Below are positions 21,501-34,164 of a stretch of DNA of 64,000 nt, one piece after another. The position numbers were made by a program, and so were the translations under genes. The DNA comes from Planctomycetota bacterium (GTDB lineage: Bacteria > Planctomycetota > UBA1135 > UBA2386), in contig JBKAGP010000001.1 of assembly GCA_046290465.1 (NCBI GenBank), forward strand, positions 4,736,001-4,800,000. The letters run 5' to 3'. The notes under the pieces were generated by a model, which had not been told where the DNA came from, did no database searches, and worked only from the letters and a program-made list of their open reading frames with translations. Numbering within the stretch: position 1 is the stretch's first letter; every line of letters begins with the position of its first letter.

Positions 21501-22325
21501 TCAGTCGTCGAGCTCGAGGCCGCGCTCTTCCTCTTCGGTGATGCCTTCGCCGAACGAGCTGCCGAGGTAGACGCGCCGGACCTGCTCGTCGGCGACGATC
21601 GACTGCGCGTCGCCGTTGGCGATCACCTTGCCGGCGTTGATGATGTAGGCGCGGTGGGTGATGCGCAGCGTCGCGATCACGTTGTGCTCGGTGATCAGGA
21701 TCGCGATGCCGGACCGGGCCAGCGCCGCCAGGATCTGCTGGATCTCCTCGACGGTGATCGGGTCGACGCCGGCGAACGGCTCGTCGAGCAGCAGCAGCCG
21801 CGGTTCGGTTGCCAGCGCGCGCGCGATCTCGAGGCGGCGCTTCTCGCCGCCGGACATGGTCTCGGCGATCGAGTCGGCGACGTGCATCAGCTGCAGGTCC
21901 TGCATCAGCTCGCGGGCGCGGTCCTCGCGCTCGGACCGCTTCATCCCGCGCGCCTCGAGCACGCAGCGGATGTTGTCGATCGCCGACATCTTCTTGAACA
22001 CCGACTCCTGCTGCGCGAGGTAGCCGAGGCCGCGGCGGGCGCGTCGGTACATCGGCTGCTTGGTCACGTCCTCGCCGTTGAGCATGACGCGACCCTGGTC
22101 GGGCGTGACCATGCCGACGACCATGCGGAACGTCGTGGTCTTGCCGGCGCCGTTGGGACCGAGCAGGCCGACGATCTCGCCCTCGCGCACGCTCAGGCTG
22201 ACCTGGTCGACGACGCGGCGGCCGCGGTACGCCTTGACCAGCTTCTCGGTGTGCAGGATCTCCTCGGCTTCCTGCCCGTCCGGCACCGCGAGGTCCGGAG
22301 CTGCGTCGAGGTCGTCGAGGCTCAT
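21501..22325 (-). CDS. lptB: LPS export ABC transporter ATP-binding protein
   Basis: GEIVGLLGPNGAGKTTTF, PMYRRARRGLGYLAQ, SGGEKRRLEIARALA, LLDEPFAGVDPI, VRRVYLG. Confidence 0.92.
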   Translation of the reverse strand: MSLDDLDAAPDLAVPDGQEAEEILHTEKLVKAYRGRRVVDQVSLSVREGEIVGLLGPNGAGKTTTFRMVVGMVTPDQGRVMLNGEDVTKQPMYRRARRGLGYLAQQESVFKKMSAIDNIRCVLEARGMKRSEREDRARELMQDLQLMHVADSIAETMSGGEKRRLEIARALATEPRLLLLDEPFAGVDPITVEEIQQILAALARSGIAILITEHNVIATLRITHRAYIINAGKVIANGDAQSIVADEQVRRVYLGSSFGEGITEEEERGLELDD

Positions 22326-23962
22326 CGCACGAAGCCGCCGCGGTCCGGCCACTCGTTGCCGAACAGCCAGCTGAACGGGCGGATCGGGTAGAAGACCATC
22401 AGCGCGCGGCCCTCGATGTCCTCGCGCGCCACGAACGAGATGCCCTTGGCGTTGATCGTGTCGACCGCCGAGAACACGCCCTCGGGATCGCCGTCCTGCG
22501 CATTGCTGTGGCGGAACGTCACTTCCGGTCCCCAGTCGGGCCCGAGCTTGGCGTTGAGCCGCAGGATCTCGCCGAACTCGTCGATCATCACGATCGCGTT
22601 CTCCTTCGGCAGGCCGATCGGCGTCTCGTCGCGGTCCGGCGGGTTGTCGAGGTCCATCGCGCGCTTGTTGCCGCGGATCTTGCGCACCGCCTTCGGGCTG
22701 TCGACCGGCACGACGTTGTCGTTCTCGTCGACCGCGATCGTGATCGCCGTCCAGCCGCGCGAGTCGATCGACTGGCGCACGTTGTCGCCGAGCATGTAGT
22801 AGTGACCCTCGGGCACCTCGATGATGTCGGGGTTCTTGTCGTTGGCGTAGTGCTGGTCGCGGTCGATGCGCACGTTGCCGAACGACACCGTGCCCTTGCC
22901 GCTGCAGACGAACTGCGGGATTACCTTGCGGTTGGATGCCGGCTTCGAACCTTCGAGGATGCAGCCCTCTCTAACGGCCCATTGCTCGCTGTCCCAGCGG
23001 ACCAGCTCGCTGCCGTCCTGCCACGCGATCAGGCGGTCGTCGACGTGGGCGAACGACAGGTTGCTCGCCGCGCCGGCGGTGATGGCGACGTCGAAGGACT
23101 CCGACTTGCCGAGCACCTTGCTGGCGTCCCGCACCTCGACGCGGCCCTTGCCACCCTCCACGACGAACGCGTAGACGACCCGGTCGTGGTTCGGCCGGAT
23201 CACCTCGATCTCGATCGCGAACGACTGCTGCACCTGCGTCATGGTCACGTCGGCCGACAGGCGGACGTCGGGGCAGATCTCGAGCGGCATGTAGCCGGCC
23301 TGGTAGCTGGGCAGCGTGGCTTCCCGGATGTTCGCGGCGACGTTGGCGGGGTAGCCGTCCCAGACTCGTTCGACCATGCCGCCGTCGGCCTCGTCGCGGA
23401 AGTAGAGGCGCACCTGCTTGCCGTCGGGCTCCAGCGTGAACCCGTCCTCGGTCTCCGACGCCGCCCGGCTCGGCGACGCCCCCCAGATCTGGCCGAGCGC
23501 CTTCGTCTCCGAGCGCGCATCGCGACGCAGCGGGTAGACGTTCTTCCACATCAGCTCCTGCAGGTCGTCCGGCTTGCGCAGGATCGTGTACTTCGCCGAC
23601 GCGCCGTCGCCCTCGACCTGGTCGACGTTGCCGCCCCCGATCGACAGGCGGTCGTTCGGCATGCCGACGATGCGCTTGACGTAGTTCTGGTTCTTCTGCA
23701 GCGGGTACTTGAACACCGTGATGTCCCAACGCTGCGGCTCGCGGAAGGTCTGGATCAGCTTGTTGACCAGGATGCGGTCGTAGACGCCCGCCTCGTTGCT
23801 GCCCATCAGGGTGGGCTGCATCGACGACGTCGGGATCTGGTAGGCCTCGATGCAGAACCACTTCAGCAGCACGGCGGCGAGGATCGCGACGCCGAACGCC
23901 TCGAGGTTGTGGCGGATCGGTCCGACCAGGATCGGCTTCTTGGCCTTCTTGTCTTTGCTCAT
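22322..23962 (-). CDS. lepB: Signal peptidase I with large internal insertion
   Basis: EAYQIPTSSMQPTL (catalytic Ser), DRILVNK, NYVKRIVGMP (catalytic Lys), YYMLGDN...SIDSR. Confidence 0.92.
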   Translation of the reverse strand: MSKDKKAKKPILVGPIRHNLEAFGVAILAAVLLKWFCIEAYQIPTSSMQPTLMGSNEAGVYDRILVNKLIQTFREPQRWDITVFKYPLQKNQNYVKRIVGMPNDRLSIGGGNVDQVEGDGASAKYTILRKPDDLQELMWKNVYPLRRDARSETKALGQIWGASPSRAASETEDGFTLEPDGKQVRLYFRDEADGGMVERVWDGYPANVAANIREATLPSYQAGYMPLEICPDVRLSADVTMTQVQQSFAIEIEVIRPNHDRVVYAFVVEGGKGRVEVRDASKVLGKSESFDVAITAGAASNLSFAHVDDRLIAWQDGSELVRWDSEQWAVREGCILEGSKPASNRKVIPQFVCSGKGTVSFGNVRIDRDQHYANDKNPDIIEVPEGHYYMLGDNVRQSIDSRGWTAITIAVDENDNVVPVDSPKAVRKIRGNKRAMDLDNPPDRDETPIGLPKENAIVMIDEFGEILRLNAKLGPDWGPEVTFRHSNAQDGDPEGVFSAVDTINAKGISFVAREDIEGRALMVFYPIRPFSWLFGNEWPDRGGFVR

Positions 23963-24068
23963 GACGGGAGGTCCGGCAGGCGCCGGCGCGCGCGAATGGT
24001 AGGCGGGCACCGCTGTGGCGCAAAGGTGGTTCGGGTCTGGCGCGCGGTTCGTCCGTAGACTGACGAAC

Positions 24069-25451
24069 ATGAGGGTCTCCACGCTCCCGATCTTCGCGCT
24101 CCTGGTGGCCGGCTGCGCCACCGCCCCGTCGCCGCTGGGCGAAGTGGGGCGGATCCTGGCGGCCCATGACGACCATCCGGTGCAGGTCTGCGCACTGGTC
24201 GTCGATCTCGACACCGGTGAGACCGTGCTGTCGCGCGAGGCGCAGCGGCTGTGCCGGCCGGCGTCGACGATGAAGCTGCTGACGACTTCGTCGATCTGCC
24301 GCCGCGATGTCGACCGGCCGTTCGTGACCCAGGCGATCTGCGACGGCACGCCCGCGGGAGAACTGGTGCTGATCGGCGACGGCGATCCGTTCTTGAGCAC
24401 GGCCAACTTGCGCTGGATGGCCGACAACCTGGCCGCGCAGGGGGTCGAGAAGATCGATGGCTGGGTGCGCGTGATGGACCCGCTGTCCGGCGCGCCGCGC
24501 TGGGGTGAGGGCTGGATGTGGGACGACGAACCGTCGACGTTCCAGCCGCTGTTCTCGGGCATCCCGGTCGACCGCGGCTGCGTCACGGTCGCGCTGTCGG
24601 GCGAGGCCGACTCGTTCGCCGCCGAACTGCTGCCGGTGGCCGGCGATCTGCGCACCGAGGTTGCGAGCTTCGGCGGCGGTCTGCGCGTGTCGCGCGGGCG
24701 CTACCGCGAGCCGGACGTGGTCCGGGTGACCGGCGGCCTGCCCGACGGCGAGCCGACCACGCGTCGCATCAGCGTGCCGGATCCGGCGCGGTTCACCGGC
24801 AAGGTGTTCGCCGACGCGCTGCGGCGCGCGGGCATCGACTGCCAGGACGGCGTCGAGGTCGAGGCGCGTCGCGAGGTCGCCGCCGGCATCACCACGCAGT
24901 TCGAACGTTCGCTCGCGGACGTCGTCGTCGAGACCAACAAGGTCAGCGACAACCTCGGCGCCGAACTGTTGCTGCGCCGCCTCGCCTCGATGAGCGAGCT
25001 GCACGCGGTCGACCTCGGGCCGGAGTCGGAGACGATCGGATGCATGACGGTCGCCGCCGACCTCGAGGACCTCGGCGTCGCGGTCGACGGCTTTCGCATC
25101 GCCGACGGCAGCGGCGTGTCGCACTACAACCTGGTCAGCGCCGACCTGTTGGTGCGCATCCTCGTCGACATGGACCGGCGCGACGACGCCGGCGGGCGCC
25201 TGTTCCGCCGCAGTCTGCCGATCGCCGGTGTCGACGGCACCCTGAAGAACCGCATGAAGGGCTCCGCCGCCGAGCGTCGCGTTTCGGCCAAGACCGGCAC
25301 GATCTCGGCGGTCAGCAACCTCGCCGGCTACGTCGAGACCCGCTCCGGCCGGCGGCTCGCGTTCGCGATCCTCTGCCAGAACTTCGTCGGCTCGGCGCGG
25401 CCGTGGCGTCAGCTGCAGGATCGCATCTGCGCCGAGCTGGCGGAGCTGTGA
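24069..25451 (+). CDS. dacB: D-alanyl-D-alanine carboxypeptidase/endopeptidase (PBP4, peptidase S13), lipoprotein
   Basis: PASTMK (SxxK), SDN, DGSGVS, AKTGT motifs; lipobox LLVAGC. Confidence 0.92.
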   Translation: MRVSTLPIFALLVAGCATAPSPLGEVGRILAAHDDHPVQVCALVVDLDTGETVLSREAQRLCRPASTMKLLTTSSICRRDVDRPFVTQAICDGTPAGELVLIGDGDPFLSTANLRWMADNLAAQGVEKIDGWVRVMDPLSGAPRWGEGWMWDDEPSTFQPLFSGIPVDRGCVTVALSGEADSFAAELLPVAGDLRTEVASFGGGLRVSRGRYREPDVVRVTGGLPDGEPTTRRISVPDPARFTGKVFADALRRAGIDCQDGVEVEARREVAAGITTQFERSLADVVVETNKVSDNLGAELLLRRLASMSELHAVDLGPESETIGCMTVAADLEDLGVAVDGFRIADGSGVSHYNLVSADLLVRILVDMDRRDDAGGRLFRRSLPIAGVDGTLKNRMKGSAAERRVSAKTGTISAVSNLAGYVETRSGRRLAFAILCQNFVGSARPWRQLQDRICAELAEL

Positions 25452-25556
25452 GGGTCAGAGGCTGCGCACTGCACGGGGTTATCGTTTAGCAGTGCGTATT
25501 GAAATGTAAGGCAGCATTGCCCCCAGGAAATCGACGCATTCGGCGATGGTAGCGGC

Positions 25557-25867
25557 ATGGAAACGACCCGCGCCGCAGTCCCCGTTCGCCTGTGGAGCCG
25601 CTTCGCCGACGGCGTGCTTGCCGCCGCCATCGGGCACGGCCTGATGGTCACCTACGGCATCTGCACCGCCGGGCTCGAGGCGGCGGTGCCTTGGGCGTGG
25701 CTGCTCTTCGGCGTCGTGCAGCTCGTCTAGTCGTGCCGCTGCTGCTGGCGTTCGCGATCACCGGGCGGCCGGCGGCGGTGCTCGGCGTCGCCGCCGCGGC
25801 AGCCGCGACCGCCGCGCCGCTGTTCGTGATCAGGCTGACGGGTGGCCTGAACGTGCTGCCGTTCTGA
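25557..25867 (+). pseudogene. Small membrane protein gene broken by an apparent 1-nt deletion near 25729
   Basis: METTR...WLLFGVVQLV ends at TAG 25728-25730; the hydrophobic sequence continues as VVPLLLAFAITG...LPF in another frame; adding one C restores QLVYVVPL. Confidence 0.55.
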
Positions 25868-25919
25868 GCGTGCCGCTCGAGCGGAGGAGCCGTCGGTCCC
25901 GCGCGCAGGCGCCTGCGCC

Positions 25920-27731
<1,812 letters not shown>

Positions 27732-27959
27732 GTGGGTTGTCGCTCGCAGCGGGCGGTTTCGGGGCTCAGTGTCCGATCCGGCGCGGGCGCGCGCCAGCGA
27801 GATCGGGGCGAAGCATGGTAGGGCGGGGCGCGGGACGGGCAAGCGGGTTCGGCGTCCAGGCAGCTCCGGAATGCGCTCCGACGGCTCGGAGCCGCCGTCC
27901 GGACGGCCGATGCGTCACGCTCGGGCCAATTCGGCCAGCGCCGGCGGGCGCGGGCGCGG

Positions 27960-29180
27960 CTACGGACCGCGCTTGCGGGTGGCGCGGACCTCGCGCAGCA
28001 CGAGCGCGAGGAACAGCAGGCACACCCAGACCTTGAGCATGCCGATCGGCGTGCCGGGGAACGCCCGCGACAGCACGGAGCTCAGCGTCAGCGTGGCGAA
28101 GGCCATCGCGCCGAGCAGCCAGGCGAGCCCGCGTTCGCCGCGATCGATGGCAAGGGCCAGCAGCAGGCCGAGCGGCGGCACCATCAGCGAGTAGGTGTTG
28201 CGTTCGGTCCCCGAGCCGAACAGCAGGATGTAGCCCATCGTGAAGCTGATCAGGAAGAAGCCCTGCCGGCTGTTCTCGACGCGGCGGTGGACCAGCACGC
28301 AGAGCGCCAGCGTCGCGACGGCGAACCCCGCGCGCAGCGCGAACCGCGCCGGGATCCCGACCGGGACGCCGAGCGACTGCAGCAGCGCCGGGAGGTGGTA
28401 GAAGAGCTCGGTCTGCTCGCGGTTGGACGCCGTGCGCAGCATCTCCGGGACCGCGGCGTACTGCGACCAGACGTAGTCGAAGCTCTGGAACGCGAACGGC
28501 AGCGCGAAGAACAGCACCGACGCGACCGCGAGGCGCCACGTGACCCGCGGACAGAGGAACGGCGCGATCAGCAGCAGCACTACCGCCAGCGGCTTGAGCG
28601 CCACCGCGCCTGCCAGCGCCAGCGCCGCCGGCCACCAGCGTTCGCGCTGCAGCCACGCGACGGCGAGCATCATCACGCCGCCCATCGCCAGCGTCATCTG
28701 CCCGTGCCGCGCGCAGCTCCACGTCAGCGCCGCGACGACCAGGCTGACGAGCGGGAACCACCGCCGGGCCGACCGGGTCGCCCCGCAGTCGCGCAGCAGC
28801 CGCCACGTTCCGAGGACGAACACCATCAGCGTCACGACGCGCCAGATCGCGCCGCCGATCGCGAACGGCAGCTCTGCCAGCGGCACGAACGGCAGCGCCG
28901 CCCCCGGCAGGTAGTAGAAGCCGCTCTGGTCGTAGAGCGGGCCGCCGTCGAGCCACTGCTGGCCGGCGACCCGGTAGATGTTGTAGACGCTGCCGCGGGT
29001 CGGATCGGCGGTGAGCCGCGCGAGCACGACCGCGAGCGTGTAGACCGTCCACAGCGGCCAGGCGCGCGTCGTGACGTAGGCCCAGAACCTCGCCAGCGGC
29101 GCGCGCGCCGGCTCCGGCTGCTGGCCGTTGCGCTGCTGGCCGGTGCGCTGCTGGGCGATGGGCTGCTCGGAGGTGGTCAG
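27960..29180 (-). CDS. Glycosyltransferase family 87 (GT-C, DUF2029-like) membrane protein
   Basis: GGPLYD...FYYLPGAALPFVPLAELP, RHGQMT, LALAGAVALKP, multiple TM helices; start uncertain. Confidence 0.8.
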   Translation of the reverse strand: MTTSEQPIAQQRTGQQRNGQQPEPARAPLARFWAYVTTRAWPLWTVYTLAVVLARLTADPTRGSVYNIYRVAGQQWLDGGPLYDQSGFYYLPGAALPFVPLAELPFAIGGAIWRVVTLMVFVLGTWRLLRDCGATRSARRWFPLVSLVVAALTWSCARHGQMTLAMGGVMMLAVAWLQRERWWPAALALAGAVALKPLAVVLLLIAPFLCPRVTWRLAVASVLFFALPFAFQSFDYVWSQYAAVPEMLRTASNREQTELFYHLPALLQSLGVPVGIPARFALRAGFAVATLALCVLVHRRVENSRQGFFLISFTMGYILLFGSGTERNTYSLMVPPLGLLLALAIDRGERGLAWLLGAMAFATLTLSSVLSRAFPGTPIGMLKVWVCLLFLALVLREVRATRKRGP

Positions 29181-29378
29181 AGGGGGCTCGCGGGTGCCGC
29201 GCGGGATGGCGCGGTGGGTGGATGATGAGGTTCGGCGAGGGGGTGCGTCCACCACGTTGGACGATCTGTTGGCGAGCACCGTGTCGGGTGGCGACCGAAC
29301 GGCGTCGGCCGCGGGCGCTGCAACGTGCCGGGCTTCGGGCCGTTGTCCAGCGGGCGCCCGCAGCCGGGCGAACACGAC

Positions 29379-30698
29379 ATGAGCCACGCCGACCCTGTTG
29401 CCTCTCCGTTCTTGCACGCCCGCCCGCTTGCGGTGGTCGCGTTGTGCTGCCTCGCCGCCGCCTGCGGAGGGGGTGCTGGCGCCGGTGCCACCGGGACGAC
29501 GCCGGAGGCGGTTGCGGCGCGGACCCACGGCTCGGGGCTGGTGTCGCTCGACCTCGATGTGCTGCGGGCCGCGGGCCGGCGCGTTGCCGAGGGGGTCGGG
29601 CTGCGCGGCGATGGGGGGACGGGGTGGGACTCGCCTCCTTCGGTGTCGATGCGGCCGGCGTCGACGGGGCTGGCACCGACCGAGTCGGCACCGACGAGGC
29701 CGCTGCGGCTCTTCGAGGTCCGCGACGCCAGCGGCCAGGTCTGCAGCCGCCTGCCGCTGCCCGACGACTGGCAGCTGCACCAGCTCGCGGGCGGCCGCTA
29801 CGAGTTGACCGCGCCGGGCGGTGTCAAGGCCAACGCGACCGAGAGCGCCAGCTACGGTTGGTCGGACGACCCGTTCTGTCGGGAGACGATCCAGCGCACC
29901 GGCACCCAGCTGGCGCCGGTGCTGCCGTTGCGGCAGATCGTGAGCGAACGCCTCGAACCCGAGGCGGCGCGCCAGGGCTACCGCCTGACCGACACGTTCG
30001 AACTGCCCGAGCTGCAGGCGCTCTGGCGGGCGTGCGCGGCGGCGATGCCGGCGACCAGCAGCCGCCGCAGCGTGGCCGTGCTGGGCACCGACTGGCAGGG
30101 GCCCGACGGCGCGAGGTCGTGCATCGTCGTGCTGCAGACCGTGGTCGCGTCGCCGCAGTCGTTGAGCTGGACCGTGCAGACGACCGAACTGGAGGCACCG
30201 GCCGAACGGTTCGACGAGGCGCGGCGGACCTGGCTCGACGGGCTGGCGCATGCGCGGATCGACGAACGGTGGCAGCGCGCCAAGGGCATGGAGCTGACGG
30301 CGTCGCTTCGGCAGATCGAGGACCAGGGCCGCCGCTGGATGGAGATCGGTGCCGCGCAGCACCGGCAGCGCATGGCCGACATCGCCGCGGCCGGGCAGGC
30401 GGCGCTGCAGGCCGGACGGGAGTCGAGCGCGCTGCTCGACCGGAGCCACGAGTCGTTCCGCCGGCGTTCGGCCGCCGGTGACGTCGGCCAGGCGCGCGCC
30501 GTCGACGGCATCCACGAGCGTGCCGTCGTGGTCGACCCGCAGAGCGGCCAGCGCTACGAGGTCGAGGCCGGCCACCGCTACTACTGGAGCGACGGTCGCG
30601 GCGGCTACTTCGGCACCGACGACCCCAACCTCGACCCCCGGCTCGATCCGGCGCTGCGCCACCTGCCGTGGGGGCGGATGGACGTGCAGGGGCGCTGA
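29379..30698 (+). CDS. Hypothetical lipoprotein
   Basis: Lipobox-like LAAAC; C-terminal DPQSGQRYEVEAGHRYYW...YFGTDDPNLDP; strong codon bias. Confidence 0.7.
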   Translation: MSHADPVASPFLHARPLAVVALCCLAAACGGGAGAGATGTTPEAVAARTHGSGLVSLDLDVLRAAGRRVAEGVGLRGDGGTGWDSPPSVSMRPASTGLAPTESAPTRPLRLFEVRDASGQVCSRLPLPDDWQLHQLAGGRYELTAPGGVKANATESASYGWSDDPFCRETIQRTGTQLAPVLPLRQIVSERLEPEAARQGYRLTDTFELPELQALWRACAAAMPATSSRRSVAVLGTDWQGPDGARSCIVVLQTVVASPQSLSWTVQTTELEAPAERFDEARRTWLDGLAHARIDERWQRAKGMELTASLRQIEDQGRRWMEIGAAQHRQRMADIAAAGQAALQAGRESSALLDRSHESFRRRSAAGDVGQARAVDGIHERAVVVDPQSGQRYEVEAGHRYYWSDGRGGYFGTDDPNLDPRLDPALRHLPWGRMDVQGR

Positions 30699-30759
30699 GT
30701 CGCTCCGGCGAAGCTCCGTATGGTGCGGCGAGGGCTGCGTCGCTACCGTTCCGGCCCCG

Positions 30760-31311
30760 ATGTCCCACCAGCAAGCCCTCGACCTCCGCCCCGGCACCCT
30801 CATCCGCTACGAAGGCGACATGTGCGTCGTCACGTGGTGGAACATCCTCCGCAACGATCGCCGCCTGTTTGTGCAGATGCGCATCAAGGACGTGCAGACC
30901 GGCCGCGTGCAGGAGTTGAAGGAGCACGGCGACACCAAGTTCGAGATCCTCGACAAGGAGGAGCGCGAGATGTCGTACTCGTACCGCGACGGCGAGACCG
31001 AGGTGTTCTTCACGCCGGACGGCGACGAGTTCCGCTGCAGTGTGCCGGCTGCCGAGGACGCGCTGAAGTGGCCGTCGGACGTCTACACAGCCGTGTTCGT
31101 CGACGCGGAGCTGGTCTCCGTGCAGCCGCCGAAGTACTCGCTGCTGGAGGTCACCGAGACCGCGCCGCCGATCAAGGGGGCAGGCTCGGGTAGCAAGGAC
31201 GCGGTGCTCGAGAACGGCATGACCATCAAGGTCAACCAGCTCTGCGACGTCGGCGACCAGGTCAAGGTCGACACCGAGACCGGCGAGTTCAAGGAACGCA
31301 TCGCCAGGTAG
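30760..31311 (+). CDS. Divergent elongation factor P-like protein
   Basis: 183 aa; [67 protein letters not shown] match the three-domain EF-P layout; loop is ILRNDRR. Confidence 0.85.
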   Translation: MSHQQALDLRPGTLIRYEGDMCVVTWWNILRNDRRLFVQMRIKDVQTGRVQELKEHGDTKFEILDKEEREMSYSYRDGETEVFFTPDGDEFRCSVPAAEDALKWPSDVYTAVFVDAELVSVQPPKYSLLEVTETAPPIKGAGSGSKDAVLENGMTIKVNQLCDVGDQVKVDTETGEFKERIAR

Positions 31312-31346
31312 GTGGTCGGGGTTCGTTCCGACGGAGGGCGGTCGCG

Positions 31347-32363
31347 ATGAGCATCTTCGAGAAGTACCTGACCGTCTGGGTCGCCGCCGCGATCGGGCTC
31401 GGGCTGGTGGTCGGCAACCTGGTGCCGGGGTGGTTCGAGACGCTCGCCGGCTACGAGGTCGCCAGCATCAACCTGCCGATCGCCGTGCTGATCTGGCTGA
31501 TGATCTACCCGATGATGCTCGGCGTGGACTTCGGTTCGGTCGCCAAGGTCCACGAACGGCCGCGCGGGCTGATCGTCACGCTGGCGGTCAACTGGTTGAT
31601 CAAGCCGCTGACGATGGCCGGCATCGCGGTCGTCTGCATGCGCTACCTGTTCGGCGGCATGATCGAGCCGGCGGCGGCCGACGAGTACATCGCCGGCATG
31701 ATCCTGCTCGGCGTCGCGCCGTGCACGGCGATGGTGTTCGTGTGGAGCCGGCTGACCGACGGCGATCCCAACTACACCCTGGTGCAGGTGGCGGTCAACG
31801 ATCTGATCATGGTGTTCGCGTTTGCGCCGATCGCGGCGCTGCTGCTCGGGGTCACCGACGTCACGGTGCCGTGGGACACGCTGATCCTGTCGGTGGTGCT
31901 GTTCGTCGTGGTGCCGCTGGTCGCCGGTTGGGTGACGCGCGCCGCGGTGCGCGGGGCCGATCGGATCGCGCGCATCGACCGTGCGATGAAGCCGTTCTCG
32001 ATCGTCGGGCTGCTGGCGACCGTGTTCCTGCTGTTCGGCTTCCAGGCGCAGCGAGTGGTCGAGGATCCGCTGCTCATCGCGCTGATCGCGGTGCCGCTGA
32101 CCGTGCAGACCTACCTGGTGTTCGCGGTCGCGTTCTTCTGGATGAAGGGCTGGCGGCAGCCGCACAGCATCGCCGCTCCGGGCGCGATGATCGGCGCGTC
32201 GAACTTCTTCGAGCTCGCGGTCGCCGTCGCGATCAGCCTGTTCGGACTCGAGTCGGGCGCCGCGCTCGCGACGGTCGTCGGGGTGCTGGTCGAGGTGCCG
32301 GTGATGCTGTCGCTGGTCGCGATCGCCAACCGTTCGCGCGCGGCGTTCGGCGGCGATCGGTAG
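31347..32363 (+). CDS. acr3: ACR3 family arsenite efflux transporter
   Basis: [61 protein letters not shown]. Confidence 0.95.
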   Translation: MSIFEKYLTVWVAAAIGLGLVVGNLVPGWFETLAGYEVASINLPIAVLIWLMIYPMMLGVDFGSVAKVHERPRGLIVTLAVNWLIKPLTMAGIAVVCMRYLFGGMIEPAAADEYIAGMILLGVAPCTAMVFVWSRLTDGDPNYTLVQVAVNDLIMVFAFAPIAALLLGVTDVTVPWDTLILSVVLFVVVPLVAGWVTRAAVRGADRIARIDRAMKPFSIVGLLATVFLLFGFQAQRVVEDPLLIALIAVPLTVQTYLVFAVAFFWMKGWRQPHSIAAPGAMIGASNFFELAVAVAISLFGLESGAALATVVGVLVEVPVMLSLVAIANRSRAAFGGDR

Positions 32364-32423
32364 CGACGCCTGGGCGTCGGCGCGGTCGCGCTGCGCGGTC
32401 GTAGCGCCTACGATGGGCAGAGC

Positions 32424-32783
32424 ATGGCGAAGCTCTCCTCCGACGAACGCATCGCAAAGATGACGTTTGCCAGCGTCTATCCCTACTACGTCGACAAGGT
32501 GGTCAAGAAGGGGCGCACCGAGCAGGAACTGCGTGAGGTGATCACGTGGCTGACCGGATTCACGGATGCGCAGATCGACGAGCAGATCGCCAGGCAGTCG
32601 ACGTTCGCGCAGTTCTTCGACGAGGCCGAGCTGCACCCCAACGCGTCGCAGATCAAGGGCGTCATCTGCGGCTACCGCGTCGAGGAGATCGAGAACGAGC
32701 TGACGCAGAAGGCCCGCTACCTCGACAAGCTGGTCGACGAACTCGCCAAGGGCAAGAAGATGGAGAAGGTGCTGCGCTCGTAG
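32424..32783 (+). CDS. DUF2200 family protein
   Basis: FASVYPYYVDKVVKKGRT, IKGVICGYRVEEIE, RYLDKLVDELAKGKKMEKVLR. Confidence 0.9.
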   Translation: MAKLSSDERIAKMTFASVYPYYVDKVVKKGRTEQELREVITWLTGFTDAQIDEQIARQSTFAQFFDEAELHPNASQIKGVICGYRVEEIENELTQKARYLDKLVDELAKGKKMEKVLRS

Positions 32784-32887
32784 GACCGTTCCGAGCTGGC
32801 GCGCGGATGGTGGGACTACGTCTCGGTCCCTGGCCTTGCAGATTCTTCAATCGGACCGCTGGTACGGCGCTTGCACCCGAGCAGGGC

Positions 32888-33787
32888 ATGAGACCTACCG
32901 TTGCATGTCTTGCCATCGCTGCGCTGCTCTCGGGCACGTCCCCTGCTTCGGCGCCGACCGCGGCCGAAGACCGGCTACCGCGAGTTCAGGGCGACCTGTC
33001 GATCGCGATGTCGCTGGAGGATGCGTCCGCATCATCGGGCGGCAACTTTTCACTCGACTACACCGTCTGGAACACGAGTTCCGAGGAGGTCGAGACGGAG
33101 GTCGCGTTCTACCTGTCGGCAGACCCGGTCTTCGACAGCGGTGACACGTTCCTCGAGGATGAGGGCATCTCGATCGACGAGAACGACTCCGAGAGCGACA
33201 GCGAGCAGGTGACGCTGCCGCCGGTCGCGAACGGGGGCTACTATGTGCTCGCGTTCGTCGACCCATACCATCAGGTCTCGGAGAGCAACGAGAACAACAA
33301 CGTCGCCGCCGACTCGTTGTTCGTCGGTCCCGTGATCTCGGCCTCGACGGCAGTTCGGCTGCCGTGTACCGGCACGGTGTTGGCCAATGGCCTCCGGCCC
33401 TGGGCATCGACGCCAGAACTCGGGGACGACTTCGTGGTCGAGATCGATGACCCGTCGGACGCGGCCGGCCTCCCCACGGGAACGGCCACGCTCTGGCTCG
33501 TTACGACCCAGGCATTGCCCGGGCATCCCTGTGGCGTCGTGGTCGGCGGGCTCGGGCCGAACGGCGCCAACGCGGAAGTGATGATCCCGTTGGATCCGCC
33601 CCCGGTAATCATCCCGCCAACCATCCTGTTTGAGTGGGGTGGACCGGGCAACGGTGCGCTGCACGAACTCCTGATCCCCAGCACCATCGGCCTTGCCGGC
33701 GCCCAACTGTTCACCCAGGGGCTTTTCGTGGCGCCCGACGGTCGCGTCGTGCTGACCAATGGACTCGACGCGACGTTGGGCACCTGA
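32888..33787 (+). CDS. Secreted CARDB-like domain protein with shared C-terminal domain
   Basis: Signal peptide; VAFYLSAD, GYYVLAFVDPYHQVSESNENNN (CARDB-like); ends LFTQGLFV...VLTNGLDATLGT. Confidence 0.75.
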   Translation: MRPTVACLAIAALLSGTSPASAPTAAEDRLPRVQGDLSIAMSLEDASASSGGNFSLDYTVWNTSSEEVETEVAFYLSADPVFDSGDTFLEDEGISIDENDSESDSEQVTLPPVANGGYYVLAFVDPYHQVSESNENNNVAADSLFVGPVISASTAVRLPCTGTVLANGLRPWASTPELGDDFVVEIDDPSDAAGLPTGTATLWLVTTQALPGHPCGVVVGGLGPNGANAEVMIPLDPPPVIIPPTILFEWGGPGNGALHELLIPSTIGLAGAQLFTQGLFVAPDGRVVLTNGLDATLGT

Positions 33788-33852
33788 TCCACGGTGCGGC
33801 GTCGGGCCGCGAAGGAAGGGCAGGGCCCGCGGGTCCTGGCTACACTCTCGTC

Positions 33853-34164
33853 GTGACCGCTGACGACAGCTTCCAACGCGAATACGAGGAGGTCGCCGCA
33901 CCGCTGGCCGCGTGGGCGCACCTTCGCTGCCGCGGACCACTCGGACGCGTCGTCGACGCCGACGACCTGGTGCAGGAAGTGGTGCTCGCCGGGTGGCGGG
34001 CGCACGAGCGATTCGATCCGCAGCGCGGTGGCTTTCGGGCCTGGCTGTTCGGGATCGCCAGTCGCGTCGCCGCCGTGAGGCGATGGCGGCGGTCCTCGAT
34101 CGCCTCGACGAACTCGACGCCGAGGACCGCGATCTCGGACCTGCTGGCAGAGCACGGCGCCTGA
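33853..34164 (+). pseudogene. Degraded ECF sigma factor
   Basis: Region 2 intact (DADDLVQEV...FDPQRGGFRAWLFGIA); a region 4 start (VLDRLDELDAEDRDL) follows in another frame and is truncated. Confidence 0.7.

Noticed and set aside
31347..32363. Arsenic-resistance island
   Set aside because: acr3 is alone; no arsR, arsC or mobile-element genes adjacent
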